The notes beneath the pieces were generated by a model. That model saw only the letters and a program-made list of their open reading frames with translations. It had not been told where the DNA came from and made no database searches. The translations under genes and the position numbers were made by a program. Positions 49,555-63,400 of a stretch of DNA of 64,000 nt are shown one piece after another (position 1 is the stretch's first letter; each line of letters begins with the position of its first letter). The stretch comes from Squalus acanthias (taxonomy: Eukaryota): NCBI GenBank assembly GCA_030390025.1, contig CM059438.1, positions 70,062,001 to 70,126,000 on the forward strand, given 5' to 3'.

Positions 49555-50357
49555 AAACATAGAAACATAGAAGATAGGAGCAGGCGTAGGCCATTCGGCC
49601 CCTCGAGCCTGCTCCGCCATTCAATGCGATCATGGCTGATCATCCAAATTCAGTACCCTGTCCCTGCTTTCTCCCCATATCCCTTGATCCCCTTAGCCTT
49701 AAGAAATATATCTAACTCCTTCTTGAATATATTTAATGAATTGGACTCAACTGTCTTCTGTGGAAGAGAATTCCACAGGTTCACCACGCTCTGGGTGAAG
49801 AAATTCCTCCTCATCTCAGTCCTAAATGGCTTACCCCTTATACTTAGACTGTGACCCCTGGTTCTGTATTCCCCCGCCATCGGGAACAGCCTTCCTGCAT
49901 CTAGTCTGTCTAGTCCTGTTAGAATTTTATAAGTTTCAATGAGATCCCCTCTCATTCTTTTAAACTCTAGCGAATACAAGCCCAATCGACCCAATCTCTC
50001 TTAATACGTCATTCCTGCCATCCCAGGTATCAGTCTGGTGAATCTTCACTGCACTCCCTCCATGGCAAGAACATCCTTTCTCAGATAAGGCGACCAAAAC
50101 TGCACACAATACTCAAGGTGTGGTCTCACCAAAGCCCTGTACAACTGCAGCAAGTCCTCCCTGCTCCTGTACTTGAATCCTCTGGCTATGAAGGCCAACA
50201 TACCATTTGCCTTCTTAACTGCCTGCTGCACCTGCATGCTTACCTTCAGTGACTGGTGCACAAGGACACCCAGGTCTCGTTGCACTTCCCCTTTTCCCAA
50301 TCTATTGCCGTTCAGATAATAATCTGCCTTCCTGTTTTTGCCACCAAAGTGGACAAC
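49555..50357 (-). mobile_element. CR1 LINE 3' end, same subfamily as 58480-60060
   Basis: ORFs 50046..50369 and 49650..49994 (LVRPHLEYCVQFWSP, RGDLIETYKIL); aaacatagaaacatag tail on +. Confidence 0.92.
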
Positions 50358-51214
50358 ATCAAAGTTCATTCTGATGTCGTGAAGTGATGGTAGTGGAGCA
50401 AATGATCGAATGTTGGTAACGCAGCCACATTCTTACAGGTATCTAATCTGGGGACACCTGCAAGCAGTCAAGGTTGTTATTGAGAATTTGATTTCACAAG
50501 GCCTGCTTGCTGACCTGGATTTATGGCTGTATATAATACTCAACTTTTCAGAGTTTTTGTAATGTGAAATGTTTTTTCCTCTGTCATTCTGACAAAGAGT
50601 CATTGTGGTCTGCAATAGTAAATAGATGATTTCAATAAAATTAACATCTTTCACATAAGGCCTGAGAATACTTATTTGCATTTATTTTTGTGTAATTAAT
50701 TTTTATGTTGTAAAGTGTCCTTTTTTTTTGAGTATCTTGCTGTTGCAGTTTAACTGTTGTATGCTATAAGAAAGATGTGGACACACACACTGTGTATTCT
50801 GTGAGAATATATCATACACTCCAGGCATCAATTAGAGCTGAATAAAGCAGCAACCAGTTGTTAGCTTTGTGACTCACACCAACTAGGACTAATTCAGTCC
50901 AAAGTAAAGAGATTTTCTGTAGCCCCAATCACCAATACAACTAAAATGCTGCAAAATCTACCAGTTACTCCTGATGATAGATCAAGACATGGAATTTTTC
51001 ACAATCAAGCTTAGTGAATCCTCCTCCTCATCCCTTTGCTTCCCTCTTCTACTCCTCTCTTTTTTACCTTCCCCCCCCCTCGTCCTCTCTCCTCCTCCTT
51101 TCCTATTCCCAGTGGCATTCAACAGATGTCCTTCCTTTACATACACCTTTCATTGAGAGAGCTATTTGCTGCAGCCACACTGTAAATGGCTTTGTCTTGT
51201 GAGTTTGTTCCAGT

Positions 51215-51528
51215 TTTTTTTTGATACAGCAGAGAGGCTTGCTAGGCCATCTCCGAGGGCAGTTAAGAGTCAACCTGTGGGTCTGGGGTCACATATAGGC
51301 CAGACCAGGTAAGGACAGCACGTTTCCTTCCCTAAAGGACATTAGTGAACCAGTTGGGTTTTTAACAACAATCCGTAAGTTTCATGGTTACCATTACTGA
51401 TACTAGTTTTTATTCTAGGTTTATTTAATGAACTGCTGTGGTGAGATTTGAACTCACATGTCTGGATTGGTAGTCCAGGCCTCTGGATTATTAGTCCAGT
51501 AACATAACCACTATGCTACCGTACCCGC
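51215..51528 (-). mobile_element. tRNA-derived SINE (MetaSINE-like core)
   Basis: Colinear with 8690-8955; head reads gggtacggtagcatagtgg on the minus strand. Confidence 0.82.
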
Positions 51529-53239
51529 TAATGTCCTGAGGTCATGAAAGGTGCTATATAAATGCTAATTCTTTCATTCTTAACTATTACCACCTATATT
51601 TGAGATAGAATGCTGCTGTTTAAGGATAAGGCTGACTGTTGCTTCCCATGGGTAGAGCTGACTCACCCCACCTATAGAAAAGCCTGCCTGTTCCTGCCCA
51701 TGCATAAGGCTGATGGCTCCTGTCAATGGTTAAAGTCATAGGCCGAGGAGTGGCTTTCTGCACATTCCTCTACATTAGTGTATGTTGTGTGGAATGGGGA
51801 AACCTAAAAAGAGTAAGGGGAGCAAATACAAGGAATAATTCTAAGAACAAACAGTTTCAACTTCTTCAGAACTGATGTGCGAGTTCAATGATGTCCGAGT
51901 TAAGACTCAATTATGTATTTCCTTTTTTGGGTGTACTTCGGGGAAAAGAGCTAAAATGACACTTCTTCAGCTTCTCTCAAGTTTTTACAGGGAAACATCT
52001 CTCAGCCATTGATCAGGCAGCGTACATCTCTTCAATTGATGAGTAAACAGACCATAATTCAATTGTGCAAGACCACAGTCATTTGAACCAACACAACAGA
52101 ACCTTTTTGCAAGATTTATCACTGCAGGGTAATAAAGGGATTAATAATGAGACTTCAAAAATCCTTTGAAGTCCCATTATTGATCCCATTAGAATATCGT
52201 TTGAGAGGGCCTGCAGAGCAAGTGGTTACCTAAGTGTTGCAAACCCTTGCAATTTTATTAACAGTTTATTGATTTTGCACTGTACTTTTGATGCATGTGA
52301 CTCAAGGGAGCAAGCCAAACTGTAATTGATCATTGCACCTCTGATAAGCGGGTAAATGATTGCTGTATTCCAACAGCCATTTCAATGTGATTTTTTCGGC
52401 AAAGCACATTTCTGTGCATTGCTGTTGATGAGTTGCACCATACAAGGTAATCTAGCAGCTGAGAGGTAATCAAACATATTGCAATTTGGCAGCAGGAGTT
52501 GGGGGCGGGGGGTGGGGGCTGGCGGGGTTGGAGTGTGGAGATGGAGTTACTAGACTCCTTATCATGTTTGCAAATCTGTTACTTCAATTTGAAAACTGAG
52601 CGCTGGAGTATTTCTTAAAAGAATCATCAGTTATAAATCCAGAAACCATTTGAATACCTATTTAGATTCAGTTTATCTTAAAACTGCACGTTTGGAATAT
52701 TCTGCCCACACATGCTTCAAATATTTTGTCTATGATAAATTGCAAGCAATTCTAGATGTAGACAATTAGATTTCACATTGCAAAGAACCATCAAATTAGT
52801 TCGGATAATACACACAATGGGGTGTGAATTCTCAAACACTGAATATCCTGACCCTTGCTAGTGGCAGTAGCTTCCAATGTGGGTCTCCTGCAGTTGGCTG
52901 CAATTCGGGAAATACGGGGATTTGCTAAGGCCGGCAGCCAGGAAGATCTGTTTTTACTATTTCTTCCTGGCCTTCAGCCTCGGTGAATTGTGTCAAGAGT
53001 ACCTTCAGGTTGGAGACAGCTGCGCAAAGCGATGCATCAGGAGCCAGCGCCAGTCACGTGAGCCTTGCACAAAGTCATCACAACTTGGGTCATCGCTAGT
53101 TTAAAAAAAAAACACACAAACTCTAATTCCTTTCAGAGTGGTCAGTTGTGATCAGGAATTGCTTGTGGGGACATTGTCTGAAACAATGTTGGACTTTTTA
53201 GATTGCATTGGGGTGGGGAGAAGATTTCCCCTGTGTGCT

Positions 53240-53710
53240 AAAAAAAAAGAAGAAAGAAAATGTATTTATTTAGCGCCTTTCATTACCTCAGGATGTCCCA
53301 AAGCACTTTACAGCCAATGAAGTAATTTTGAAGTCTTTGAAGCATTAATGTAGGAAACGCAGCAGCCAATTTGTGCATTGCATGTTCCCACAAACAGTGA
53401 TGCAGTAATGACCAGATAATCTGTTTTAGTGGTGTTGGTTGAGGGATAAATATTGGCCAGGAGACCGGGAAGAACTCTCCTGCTCCTCTTTTAAATAGTA
53501 CCATGGGATCTTTAACATCCACCTAAGACGGCAGATGCGTCCTCGGTTTAACATCTCATCCGAAAGACGGCACCTCCAGCAGTGTAGCCCTCCCTCCAGA
53601 CTGCACTGAATGTCAGCCTGGAATATGTGCTCAAATTTCTGGAGTGGGACTTGAACCCACAACCTTCTGACTCAAGGGTGAGAATGCTACCAACTGAGCC
53701 ACGGCTGACA
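53240..53710 (-). mobile_element. Full-length DeuSINE (SacSINE1-like)
   Basis: Reverse complement of 10634-11105 over its whole length. Confidence 0.88.
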
Positions 53711-55397
53711 CCAGTGTATTGTGGTGCTAAGTGTAGCAAAATCATATGCCGATTCTTCATTAAACACGTTCACTATGGGCCAGAAATTGATGAAAAAATA
53801 AGCACGTGTGAATGATGCACACCATTATTAATGTACAACAAGGTAAGGGGATTAAGAGATACGCCGTGACTTGCGAATCTCCAGAACTTGCTGGTTGATT
53901 TACGCCGCTACACTGTTTGCTTCGCACAAACAGCATCTCTCCCTTAGCCTCCTCACTATTTTGAAGAACTTGCTGGATTTGCACAATAATTGTCCATTAA
54001 ATGGACCACAGACAGTTAAGTCTAGTAATTAATAGTGTAAGTACTATTTTAGCAACGTGATCATTGTTGATGACTGCCAGTTAATCTCTTTGGCCCAGAA
54101 AGTGAACAATTTAACTTGTGGAGTCTCATTCCATCAGGTAGTGAATTGTTATTGGCGATTTTTTTTAAAAAGTCAACTTTTTAATTTTAATATTTTTTCT
54201 TACTTTCCTTTTTGTCTTTTTTTCTCGCACTTCCAGCAAGTTACGGTGCAAATAATTTTTGAGCTGAAGGGTGCAGGAAAAAGTCTAACTAATGGGGTGT
54301 GCCATGAAATGTCCGACTCCAGCAAGTTCCAGTCCAATATTGCTACACATGGGCCACAGAGGAATTTCTCCCCCAGGATGATCATTTACCTTTAAGAACT
54401 TAGAAGAACTTTGTCAAAATAATTTCCTGTGTGAACTTCTCTGTATTCAAGCTGTTTTGACATTATAATTAATATTTTGTTTTGCTACCTGCGTCACTTG
54501 GAAATGTAGCACCGTGCGAAGAGAGAGCCCTTGGGGAAATCAGAGCCTACTGGAAGCTTAGCACTTTTGGAAACACCACTTACCAAAATGAAAAATTTCA
54601 CATTGTACAGTTCAGTGTTTTTTTTCCCCCTGGTAAATGGCATATTCTGGGCTGATGAGATGACATGCACGCCTCAACATTAACAAGACGTCTGGGAAAT
54701 CAGGCATCATTCTCCTCTTCACTGTTCAGTGTGCTGGCCGCTACAAAGAAATAGTTTTGATGCTGCCAATTGGAGTCAGTTTGCATTAAGTTGGCAATCA
54801 TACAAGTGTTTACTGTGTGAACAAGTTCCTTTCGGTGCTTCCTACTTCTACAGTGTTCAATTGCAAGCCAGCAAATCCTCAGACAAAACCATATGTGAAG
54901 CGTTTCTTTGCTTAATGGTTAACGTGCCAGAAAAAAATACATTAACAACCTCAGACTGCCTCAGCGTTATGAAAACAATAGCAATTAATGCCAGCAGTGT
55001 TAAATTAATAAGCAGGACGAAGAGACTCATTAGTGATTGATATTTTGAAGGCTTCGTGTCAAGAATTAACATACTCGAACCCTATTTGTGGGCCTCTGTA
55101 AACCTTATTTAATGGTTGTCAAATCCGATGTGTGTTATCAGCTGTTGCTGTTTGCCGTCAGCCCAATCAATAAAAAGCTGATGACATTTAGCCAGCTAAT
55201 TGCGTATCTGACCTTCAGCTAAATTGGTTAATAGATCCAAGTTAAGGGCAGTTGTTTTTATTGAACAACATATCAACGATGGTGTGCAGTGAATCTTCCA
55301 GCAATATGAAAACAATCATAAGTCACAAGTCCTACATAAGGTAAATTAAAGCAATTTAAAAAAAATATTATGCATTGTTCTGCTCATTATATGGGTC

Positions 55398-58270
55398 TTT
55401 TTTTTAGTCATTCACAGGATGTGGGCCAGCATTTATTGCCTATCCCTAATTGCCCTTGAGAAGGTGGTGGTGAGCCGCCTTCTTGAACCACTGCAGTCCG
55501 TGTGGTGAAGGTCCTCCCAGAGTGCTGTTAGGTAGGGAGTTCCAGGATTTTGACCCAGTGACGATGAAGGAATGGTGATATATTTCCAAGTCAGGAGGGT
55601 GTGTGACTTGGAGGGGAACTTGGAGATGTTCGTGTTCCCATGTGCCTGCTGCCCTTGTCCTTCTAGGTGGTAGAGGTCACGGGTTTGGGAGGTGCTGCCG
55701 AAGAAGCCTTGGCGAGTTGCTGCAGTGCATCTTGTAGAGGGTACACACTGTAGCCACGGTACGCCGGTGGTGGAGGGAGCGAATGTTTAAGGTAGTGGAT
55801 GGGGTGCCAATCAAGTGGGCTACTTTTTCCTGGATGATGTGGAGCTTCTTGAGTGTTGTTGGAGCTGCAAGTGGAGAGTATTCCATCACACTCCTGACTT
55901 GTGCCTTGTAGATGATGGAAAGGCTTTGGGGAGTCAGGAGGTGAGTCACTCGCCACAGAATACCCAGCCTCTGACTTGCTCTTGTAGACACAGTATGGCT
56001 GGTCCAGTGAAGTTTCTGGTCAATGGTGACCCCCAGGATGTTGATGGTGGGGGATTCAACAATGGTAATGCCATTGAATGTCAAGGGGAGGTAGTTAGAC
56101 TTTCTCTTGTTGGAGATGGTCAATGCCTGGCACTTATGTGATGCGAATGTTACTTGCCACTTAGCAGCCCAAGCCTGAATGTTGTCCAGGTCTTGCTGCA
56201 TGCGGCCATAGACTGCTTCATTATCTGAGGAATTGCGAATGGAACTGAACACTGTGCAATCCTCAGCGAACATCCCCACTTCTGACCTTATGATGGAGAG
56301 AAGGTCATTGATAAACCAGCTGAAGATGGTTCAGCCTAGGACACTGTCCTGCAACGATGTCCTGGGGCTGTGATGATTGGCCTCCAACAACGGCAACCAT
56401 CTTCCTTTGTGTTAGGTATGACTCCAGCTAGTGGAGAGTTTTCTCCCTGATTCCCATTGACTTCAATTTTATTCGGGCTCCTTGATGCCACACTCAGTTA
56501 AATGGTGCCTTGATGTCAAGGGCAGTCACTCTCACCTCACCTCTGGAATTCAGCTCTTTTGGCCATATTTGGACCAAGGCTGTAATGAGGTCTGGAGCTG
56601 AGTGGTCCTGGCAGAACCCAAACTCAGCATCGGTGAGCAAGTTATTGATGGGTAAGTTCCACTTGATGCCACTGTCGATGACACCTTCCATGACTTTGCT
56701 GTTGATTGAGAGCAGACTGATGGGGTAGTAATTGGCCGGGTTGGATTTGTCCTGGTTTTTGTGGACAGGACATACCTGGCAATTTTCCACTCTGTCGGGT
56801 AGATGCCAGTGTTGTAGCTGTACTGGAACAGCTTGGCTAGAGGCAAGGCTAGTTCTGGAGCACAAGTCTTCAGCACTACAACGCGATGTTGTCAGGGCCC
56901 ATTGCCTTTGCTGTATCCAGTGCACTTAGCCGTTTCTTGATATCATGCAGAGTGAATCGAATTGGCAGAAGACTGGCTTCTGTGATGGTGGGGACCTCAG
57001 GAGGAGACAGAGATGGATCATCCCCTCCGCACTTCTGGCTGAAGATGGTTGTAAATGCTTCAGCCTTGTCTTTTGCATTCACGTTCTGGGCTCTGCCTTC
57101 ATTGAGGATGGGGATGTTTGTGGAGCCTCCTCCTCCCATTAGTTGTTTAATTGTCCACCACCAGTTTTGACTGGATGTGGCAGGACTGCAGAACTTTGAT
57201 CTGATCCGTTGGTTGTGAGATCGCTTAGCTCTGTTTATAGCATGCTGCTTCTGCTGTTTAGTATGCATGTAGCTCCTGTGTTGTAACTTCACCAGGTTGG
57301 CACCTCATTTTTAAGTATACCTGGTGCTGCTCCTGGTATGCTCTTCTACACACCTCATTGAACCAGGGTTGGTCCCCTGGCTTGATGGTAATGGTAGAGT
57401 GAGGGATATGCCGGGCCATGAGGTTACAGATTGTGATGGGATACAATTCTGCTGCTGCTGATGGCTCACAGCGGCTCATAGATGCCCAGTTTTGAGCTGC
57501 TAGATCTGTTCTGAATCTATCCCATTTAGCATGGTGGCAGTGCCATACAACACGATGGAGGGTGTCCTCACTCTAAAGACAGGACTTTGTCTCCACAAGG
57601 ACTGTGCGATGGTCACTGCTACCAATGCTGTCATGGACAGATATATCTGCGCCAGACAGATTAGTGAGGACGAGGTCAAGTAGGTTTTTCCCTCGTGTTG
57701 GTTTTCTCACTACCTTCCGCAGGCGCAGTCTGGCAGCTATGTCCTTCAGGACTTGGCCAGCTATGTCAGTATTGGTGCTACCGAGCCACTCTTGGTGATG
57801 GACAGTGAAGTCCCCCACTCAGAGTACATTCTGTGCCCTTGCTACTCTCAGTGCTTCTTCACAGCATAGCAGATGTTGCAACATGGAGGAGTGCTGATTC
57901 ATCAGTTGAGGAAGGGCGATAGCTGGTAATCTGTAGAGGTTTCTTTGCCCATGTTTGACCTGAAGCCATGAGACTTTGTGGGGTCCATAGTCAATGTTGA
58001 GGACTCCTAGGGCCACTCCCTCCCAACTGTATACCACTGTGCCGCCACCCCTGGTGGGTCTGTCCTGCCAGTGGAGGCATCTGGGACATTGGCTGAGAGG
58101 TGTGATTCTGTGAGTATGACTATATCAGGCTGTTGCTTGACTAGTCTGTGGGACAGCTCTCCCAATTTTGGCACAGGTCCCCAGTCCTCAGTGAGGCTGA
58201 CTTTGCAGGGTCGACTCGGCTGGGTTTGCCTTTGTCGTATCCGTTGTCTTGGTCGATGCCATGTAGTCCA
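55398..58270 (-). mobile_element. CR1-group LINE (second family), decayed ORF2 from endonuclease to 3' tail
   Basis: Motifs MGDFTVHH..LLDLVLTN..GSSDH (EN), KAMGPDNI, PISLLS, ALDIKAPF, MFAEDCT and IYKAQVRSVMEY; tail shared with 37972-38656. Confidence 0.9.
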
Positions 58271-60088
58271 TCAAGAGTTAGGAGTCAACGGGTCTGGAGT
58301 CACATATAGGAAAGACCGGGTAAGGACGGCAGATATCCTTCTCTCAAAGCCTTTTTATGACAATGGTAATGGTTTCTCATCACAGCTTTTTATTCCAGAT
58401 TTATTTCATTAAATTTAAATTCCCCGCTGTCGTGGTGTGATTTGGACTCGTTTATCCGGATCATTAGTCCAGTAACATAGAAACATAGAAAATAGGAGCA
58501 GGAGTAGGCCATTCTGCCATTCGATGAGATCATGGCTGATCATCCAAACTCAGTACCCTGTACCTGGCTTCTCCCCATATCCCTTGATCACTTTAGCTTT
58601 AAGAAATATATCAAACTCATTCTTGAATATATTTAATGACTTGGCCTCAACTACCTTCTGTGGTAGAGAATTCCACAGGTTCACCACTCTCTGGGTGAAG
58701 AAATTCTTCCTCATTTCTGTCCTAAATGGCTTACCCCTTATCCTTAGATTATGACCCCTGGTTCTGGACTCTCCGACCATCGGGAACATTCTTCCTGCAT
58801 CTAGTTTGTCCAGACCTGTCAGAATTTTATATGTTTCGATGAGATCCCCTCTCATTCTTCTATACTCCAGCGAGTATAAGCCCAATCGACCCAATCTCTC
58901 CTCATATGTCATTCCTGCCATCCCAGGTATCAGCCTTGTGAATCTTCGCTGAACTCCTTCCATGGCAAGAACATCCTTCCTCAGATAAGGCGACCAAAAC
59001 TGCACACAGTACTCAAGGTGTGGTCTCACCAAGGCCCTGTACAACTGCAGCAGGACATCCCTGTTCCTATACTCAAATCCTTTCGCTATGAAGGCCAACA
59101 TACCATTTGCCTTCTTCACCGCCTGCTGCACCTGCATGCTTACTTTCAGCGACTGGTGCACAAGGACACCCAGGTCTCGTTGCACTTCCCCTTCTCCCAA
59201 TCTATTGCCATGCAGATAATAGTCTGCCTTTCTGTTTTTGACACCAAAGTGGATAACCTCGCACTTATCCACGTTATATTGCATCTGCCACGCTTCTGCC
59301 CACTCACCCAACCTGTCCAAATCATCCTGGAGTTTCTCGGTATCCTCCTCGCAGCACACACTCCCACCCAGCTTTGTGTCATCTGCAAACTTGGAGATAT
59401 TACATTTAGTTCCCTTATCTAGATCATTAATGTATATTGTGAATAGCTGGGGTCCAAGGACCGATCCCTGCGGTACCCCACTAGTCACTGCCTGCCACTT
59501 GGAAAAAGACCCATTAATTCCTACTCTCTGCTTTCTGTCCGCCAACCAGTTCTCTATCCAAGTTAATACCTTGCCCCCAATCCATGTGCCTTAACTTTAC
59601 ACGCTAATCTCTTATGCGTGACCTTATCGAAAGCCTTTTGAAAGTCCAAATACACCACATCTACTGGTTCTCCCTTATCTATTTTCCCAGTTACATCCTC
59701 AAAAAATTCCAGTAGATTAGTCAAGCACGATTTACCTTTTGTAAATCCATGTTGACTTTCTCTGATCCTGTCACTGTTTTTCAAGTGCTCCGCTATTACA
59801 TCCTTTATAATGGACTCTAGCATTTTCCCCACTACCGATGTCAGGCTTACCGGTCTGTAATTCCCCGCTTTCTCTCTACCACCCTTTTTGAATAGTGGGG
59901 TAACATTAGCTACCCTCCAATCCATGGGTACAGTTCCAGATTCCATCGAATGTTGGAAGATGATCAACAATGCATCTACTATTTCTAGGGCCACTTCCTT
60001 AAGTACCCTAGGATGTAGATTATCAGGCCCTGGGGATTTATCGGCCTTCAATCCCGTCAATAACATAACCATTATGCTACCGTACCCC
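58271..60088 (-). mobile_element. tRNA-derived SINE split by a CR1 insertion (head 60061-60088, body 58271-58479)
   Basis: The two parts join into the SINE sequence seen at 51260-51528 (..gtccagtaacata|accattatgctaccgtaccc). Confidence 0.8.
58480..60060 (-). mobile_element. Young CR1 LINE, 5'-truncated, RT domain with one visible frameshift
   Basis: ORF 59563..60120 (YRPVSLTS, VYLDFQKAFDKV) and the 331-aa ORF 58550..59545 (GVPQGSVLGP, KFADDTK). 1-nt deletion near 59581. TSD TAACATA at 58473-58479 and 60061-60067. Confidence 0.95.
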
Positions 60089-60437
60089 CTTCTTCCAAGT
60101 AAGTCTTGCAATGCAATCAATGAAGAGATGACTACATGTATTTTATTTATCCTGGTCCACTGTGTGCTGAGCTACCATGCTCTTGGGCGTCTCTAAACTC
60201 AATAAAAGCTTTTTCCAATATTATGCTACCCACTGAGACTAGCTTGTTTCTAGGGACAACCTGCTTCTTTGCAATTTTGCTGACACCCCAGGAAGTTCAC
60301 AGCATAGCAGATGTTGCAGCTGCAGAGCAAATGCCTCCAATTTTGTATATTTTTACACTTTAACCTGATTTTATTGAAATGAAGAAAAAAATGGTGTGCT
60401 CAAGCTCACCTCTTTATGCACATGCTGAAGACATACT

Positions 60438-63400
60438 TGTAATGTATTATCACATGGTTTGTATGAGCATGCTCAGTTCGCTCTGGCCTAGTAAAGCAAG
60501 CACACAAACTAGCAACTCATCCTGTCTGTCCTTCGTTTGTTCTACCCACATATATTACATTTTTGGCAACGAGAATGGGATTCCAAAGCCATTTTTAGGT
60601 ATCATGGAAGGACGCAGTGTTCAACCTTCGTGTGGAAAAGTTTAAGGTACACAGGTAGCGTGCTGAGTCACTGTTCAACAGGTTTGGGACAATCATGGTC
60701 GTGCCTACGGGATTCATCGGAAGCCTCGGCCTGTATGACCGAGCTCGTGAACCATTCAATTCTTACATTGAGTGGATGGAGATGTTTTTTAGGGCCAATA
60801 AACATTATTGAGACCGAAGGTGCAGATGAAAATGTTCAAGCTCAATAAATTAATTCATGAATGTAAGAAAGCAATTTTTCTAATGGAGATCGGGCCAGAT
60901 GTCTACGGAAAATTGACAAACCCACTCGCGCCAGGGAAAGTAAAGGATGCGTTGTTTTATGACGTCGAGAAACTCGAGGTCCATTTCACAGCAAAGCCAT
61001 TAGAAATAGTTTTAAGTTTGGTACCAGAAACCAAAAACAAAGTGAAACCATCAGTGAGTACAGTGTAGCTCTTAAGTACCTGTCTTTGCATTGTAACTTC
61101 GGCACATTTTTAGATCGTGCATTGCGAGATAAGTTTGTGTGTGGATTGGTGGATGAGCGGCACAGTCCAAGTTACTGAACATTCGGAACCTCACATTTGA
61201 CACATTGCCCTATCTATGGAGATGGCATCTAAGAATGCTAGGGAGCTCTGTCCAACTCAAGTGACTAGTACAGCTGAGGTCTACAGTCACAAAGCCACCA
61301 CCAAACCTAAAGTTGTGAGACCAAGTCAAAAGCATGTCGGTGAGAGCAGTTCAGTGAATTGTTATCGCTGCAATGGAAATCACTCACCACAGTCCTGCCA
61401 ATACAGAAACGTAAAGTGTTTTCACTGCCAGAAGCAAGGCCATTTTTTAGAAGCTTGCAGAGCTAGATCTAAAGCAGGAAGTAAGAACCATTCTAGTGGC
61501 AATGCAAAGCAGCGACAACGAAAGAGAGGAATTCACAATATTGAAGCGAACACACCTGATGTTGAAGAACTAGGCATCTAGCAGCAATGCTAGCAGTCGT
61601 GAGAAAGACTTCCGTACAGAACCTTTGATCAACGAGCAACATATTGATATGTGTATCGACACGGCGGCGGACTGCTCTATCGTGAGTAAGGACACATAGG
61701 AGTAAGTTTAATCAAATACCATTTACAACGAGTACCGTAGAGTTAAAAACCTACTCCGGAGAAATCCTAGAGACATGTGGACAAATGGAATGTACAGTTC
61801 AACATAATAGCCAGTCAGTAAAGCTGCCTATTATTGTAGCGAGCTTATTGGGCTACCCTGATTGTGGTAGTGCCCAAAGCAGACAAAACTGTACGCTTGT
61901 GCGATGACTACAAAGTTACTATCAACCAAGCAGTTGATGATGAACAGTACCCATTACCTACATCGCAAGATTTGTATGCAGCAGTCACTGGGTCAGAGGT
62001 TTTCTCCAAACTTGACCTGTTGCAACTTACGCTCAACTGAATGTTGACAAAGAAAGTCAACAGTATCTTACTATCAACACACACAGGGACTGTACTAATA
62101 CACCAAGCTGCCGTATGGTGTAAAGTTACCCCCCAAAATCTTCCAGGCTATGATGGATAAGATTTTGCAAAGAGTTCCAAACTGCTTATGCAATCAAGAC
62201 GATATGCTGATCGCAACAAGCAGCGAGGAAGAAAATCTAGAAGTGTTATAGTGCTTCAAAGGTTGAATGCCCACAACGTCAAATTGAAAAGGAGCAAATG
62301 TGCTTTTGTGCAGCCGAGGTTGTGTACCTTGGTCTGAAAGTTGATGCAAATGGCTTGCAACCAGTGAAGGAAAAGGTTGATGCTATCATCAATGCTCCAA
62401 AGCCACAGAACGTATCTGAGTTAAGATCTTTCCTTGGAATGGTCCAGTACTACACACGTTTCTTATCTGAATTAGCAACCATGTTAGCTCCATTGCACGA
62501 GCTCCTCAAGAAGGATGTCTAGTGGAAGTGGACGAAAGCACAACAGGAAGCTTACGAGGCTTGTAAGAGAAGTCTCTCTAGTGATGCTCTACTTGTGCAT
62601 TACGACAGAGAGCGTGAGCTTAAGTTAGTGTGTGATGCTTCTAGTTATGGTGTGGGAGCTGTCATAAGCCATGTAATGGATGAGAATGACCAAGAGAAAC
62701 CAATCGCATTTACATCGCGAACCCTCATAAAGAGCGAAAGAAACTATGCGCAAACTAAAAAGGAAGCACTTGCCACAGTGTTTGGAATCAAGAAATTCCA
62801 ACAGTTCCTGATCGGAAGAAAGTTTACCCTGATAACCGATCACAAACTGCTTCTAGCAATATTGGGGCCCAAATCTGCCATCCCTGCAATGGCTGCATCA
62901 AAAATGCAACGTTGGGCAGTGTTGTTGTCACAATATGACTACACAATTGAATATCCAGGTTGTCACATGAAGACTCGTGTTGGAAGTGAAGGTGAGATTT
63001 TCACGCTTGATGCAGTTGACAAAGACTTGCCTGTGAGTGCAACTGAGATTGCAGATGAGACTCAAAAGGACTCAGTTCAGACTTCAGAAACTGAAGTACC
63101 AGGTTCAAACAAATCTGAGCTAGAAACAGGATCATCTTTGAGTTCGGAACCAAAACAAAACAGCCCGAAAACGGGTTCAACATCAAAACCTTCTTTAAGG
63201 AGATCAGGAAGGCTCTGCAAACCTGTTATTAAACTGGATTTGTAGTTCATTTAAAAGAGAAAAGCCAGGAGTTTTTGTTATGTGGTACATGTAATGCTGG
63301 GAAAGGTGGAACCATAGTTTTGTTGTATTTGAGAGGAGAATATGTACATTTTTGTTAAGGTGAAAGCAGCGTAATGTATCATCACATGTTTTAGTATGAG

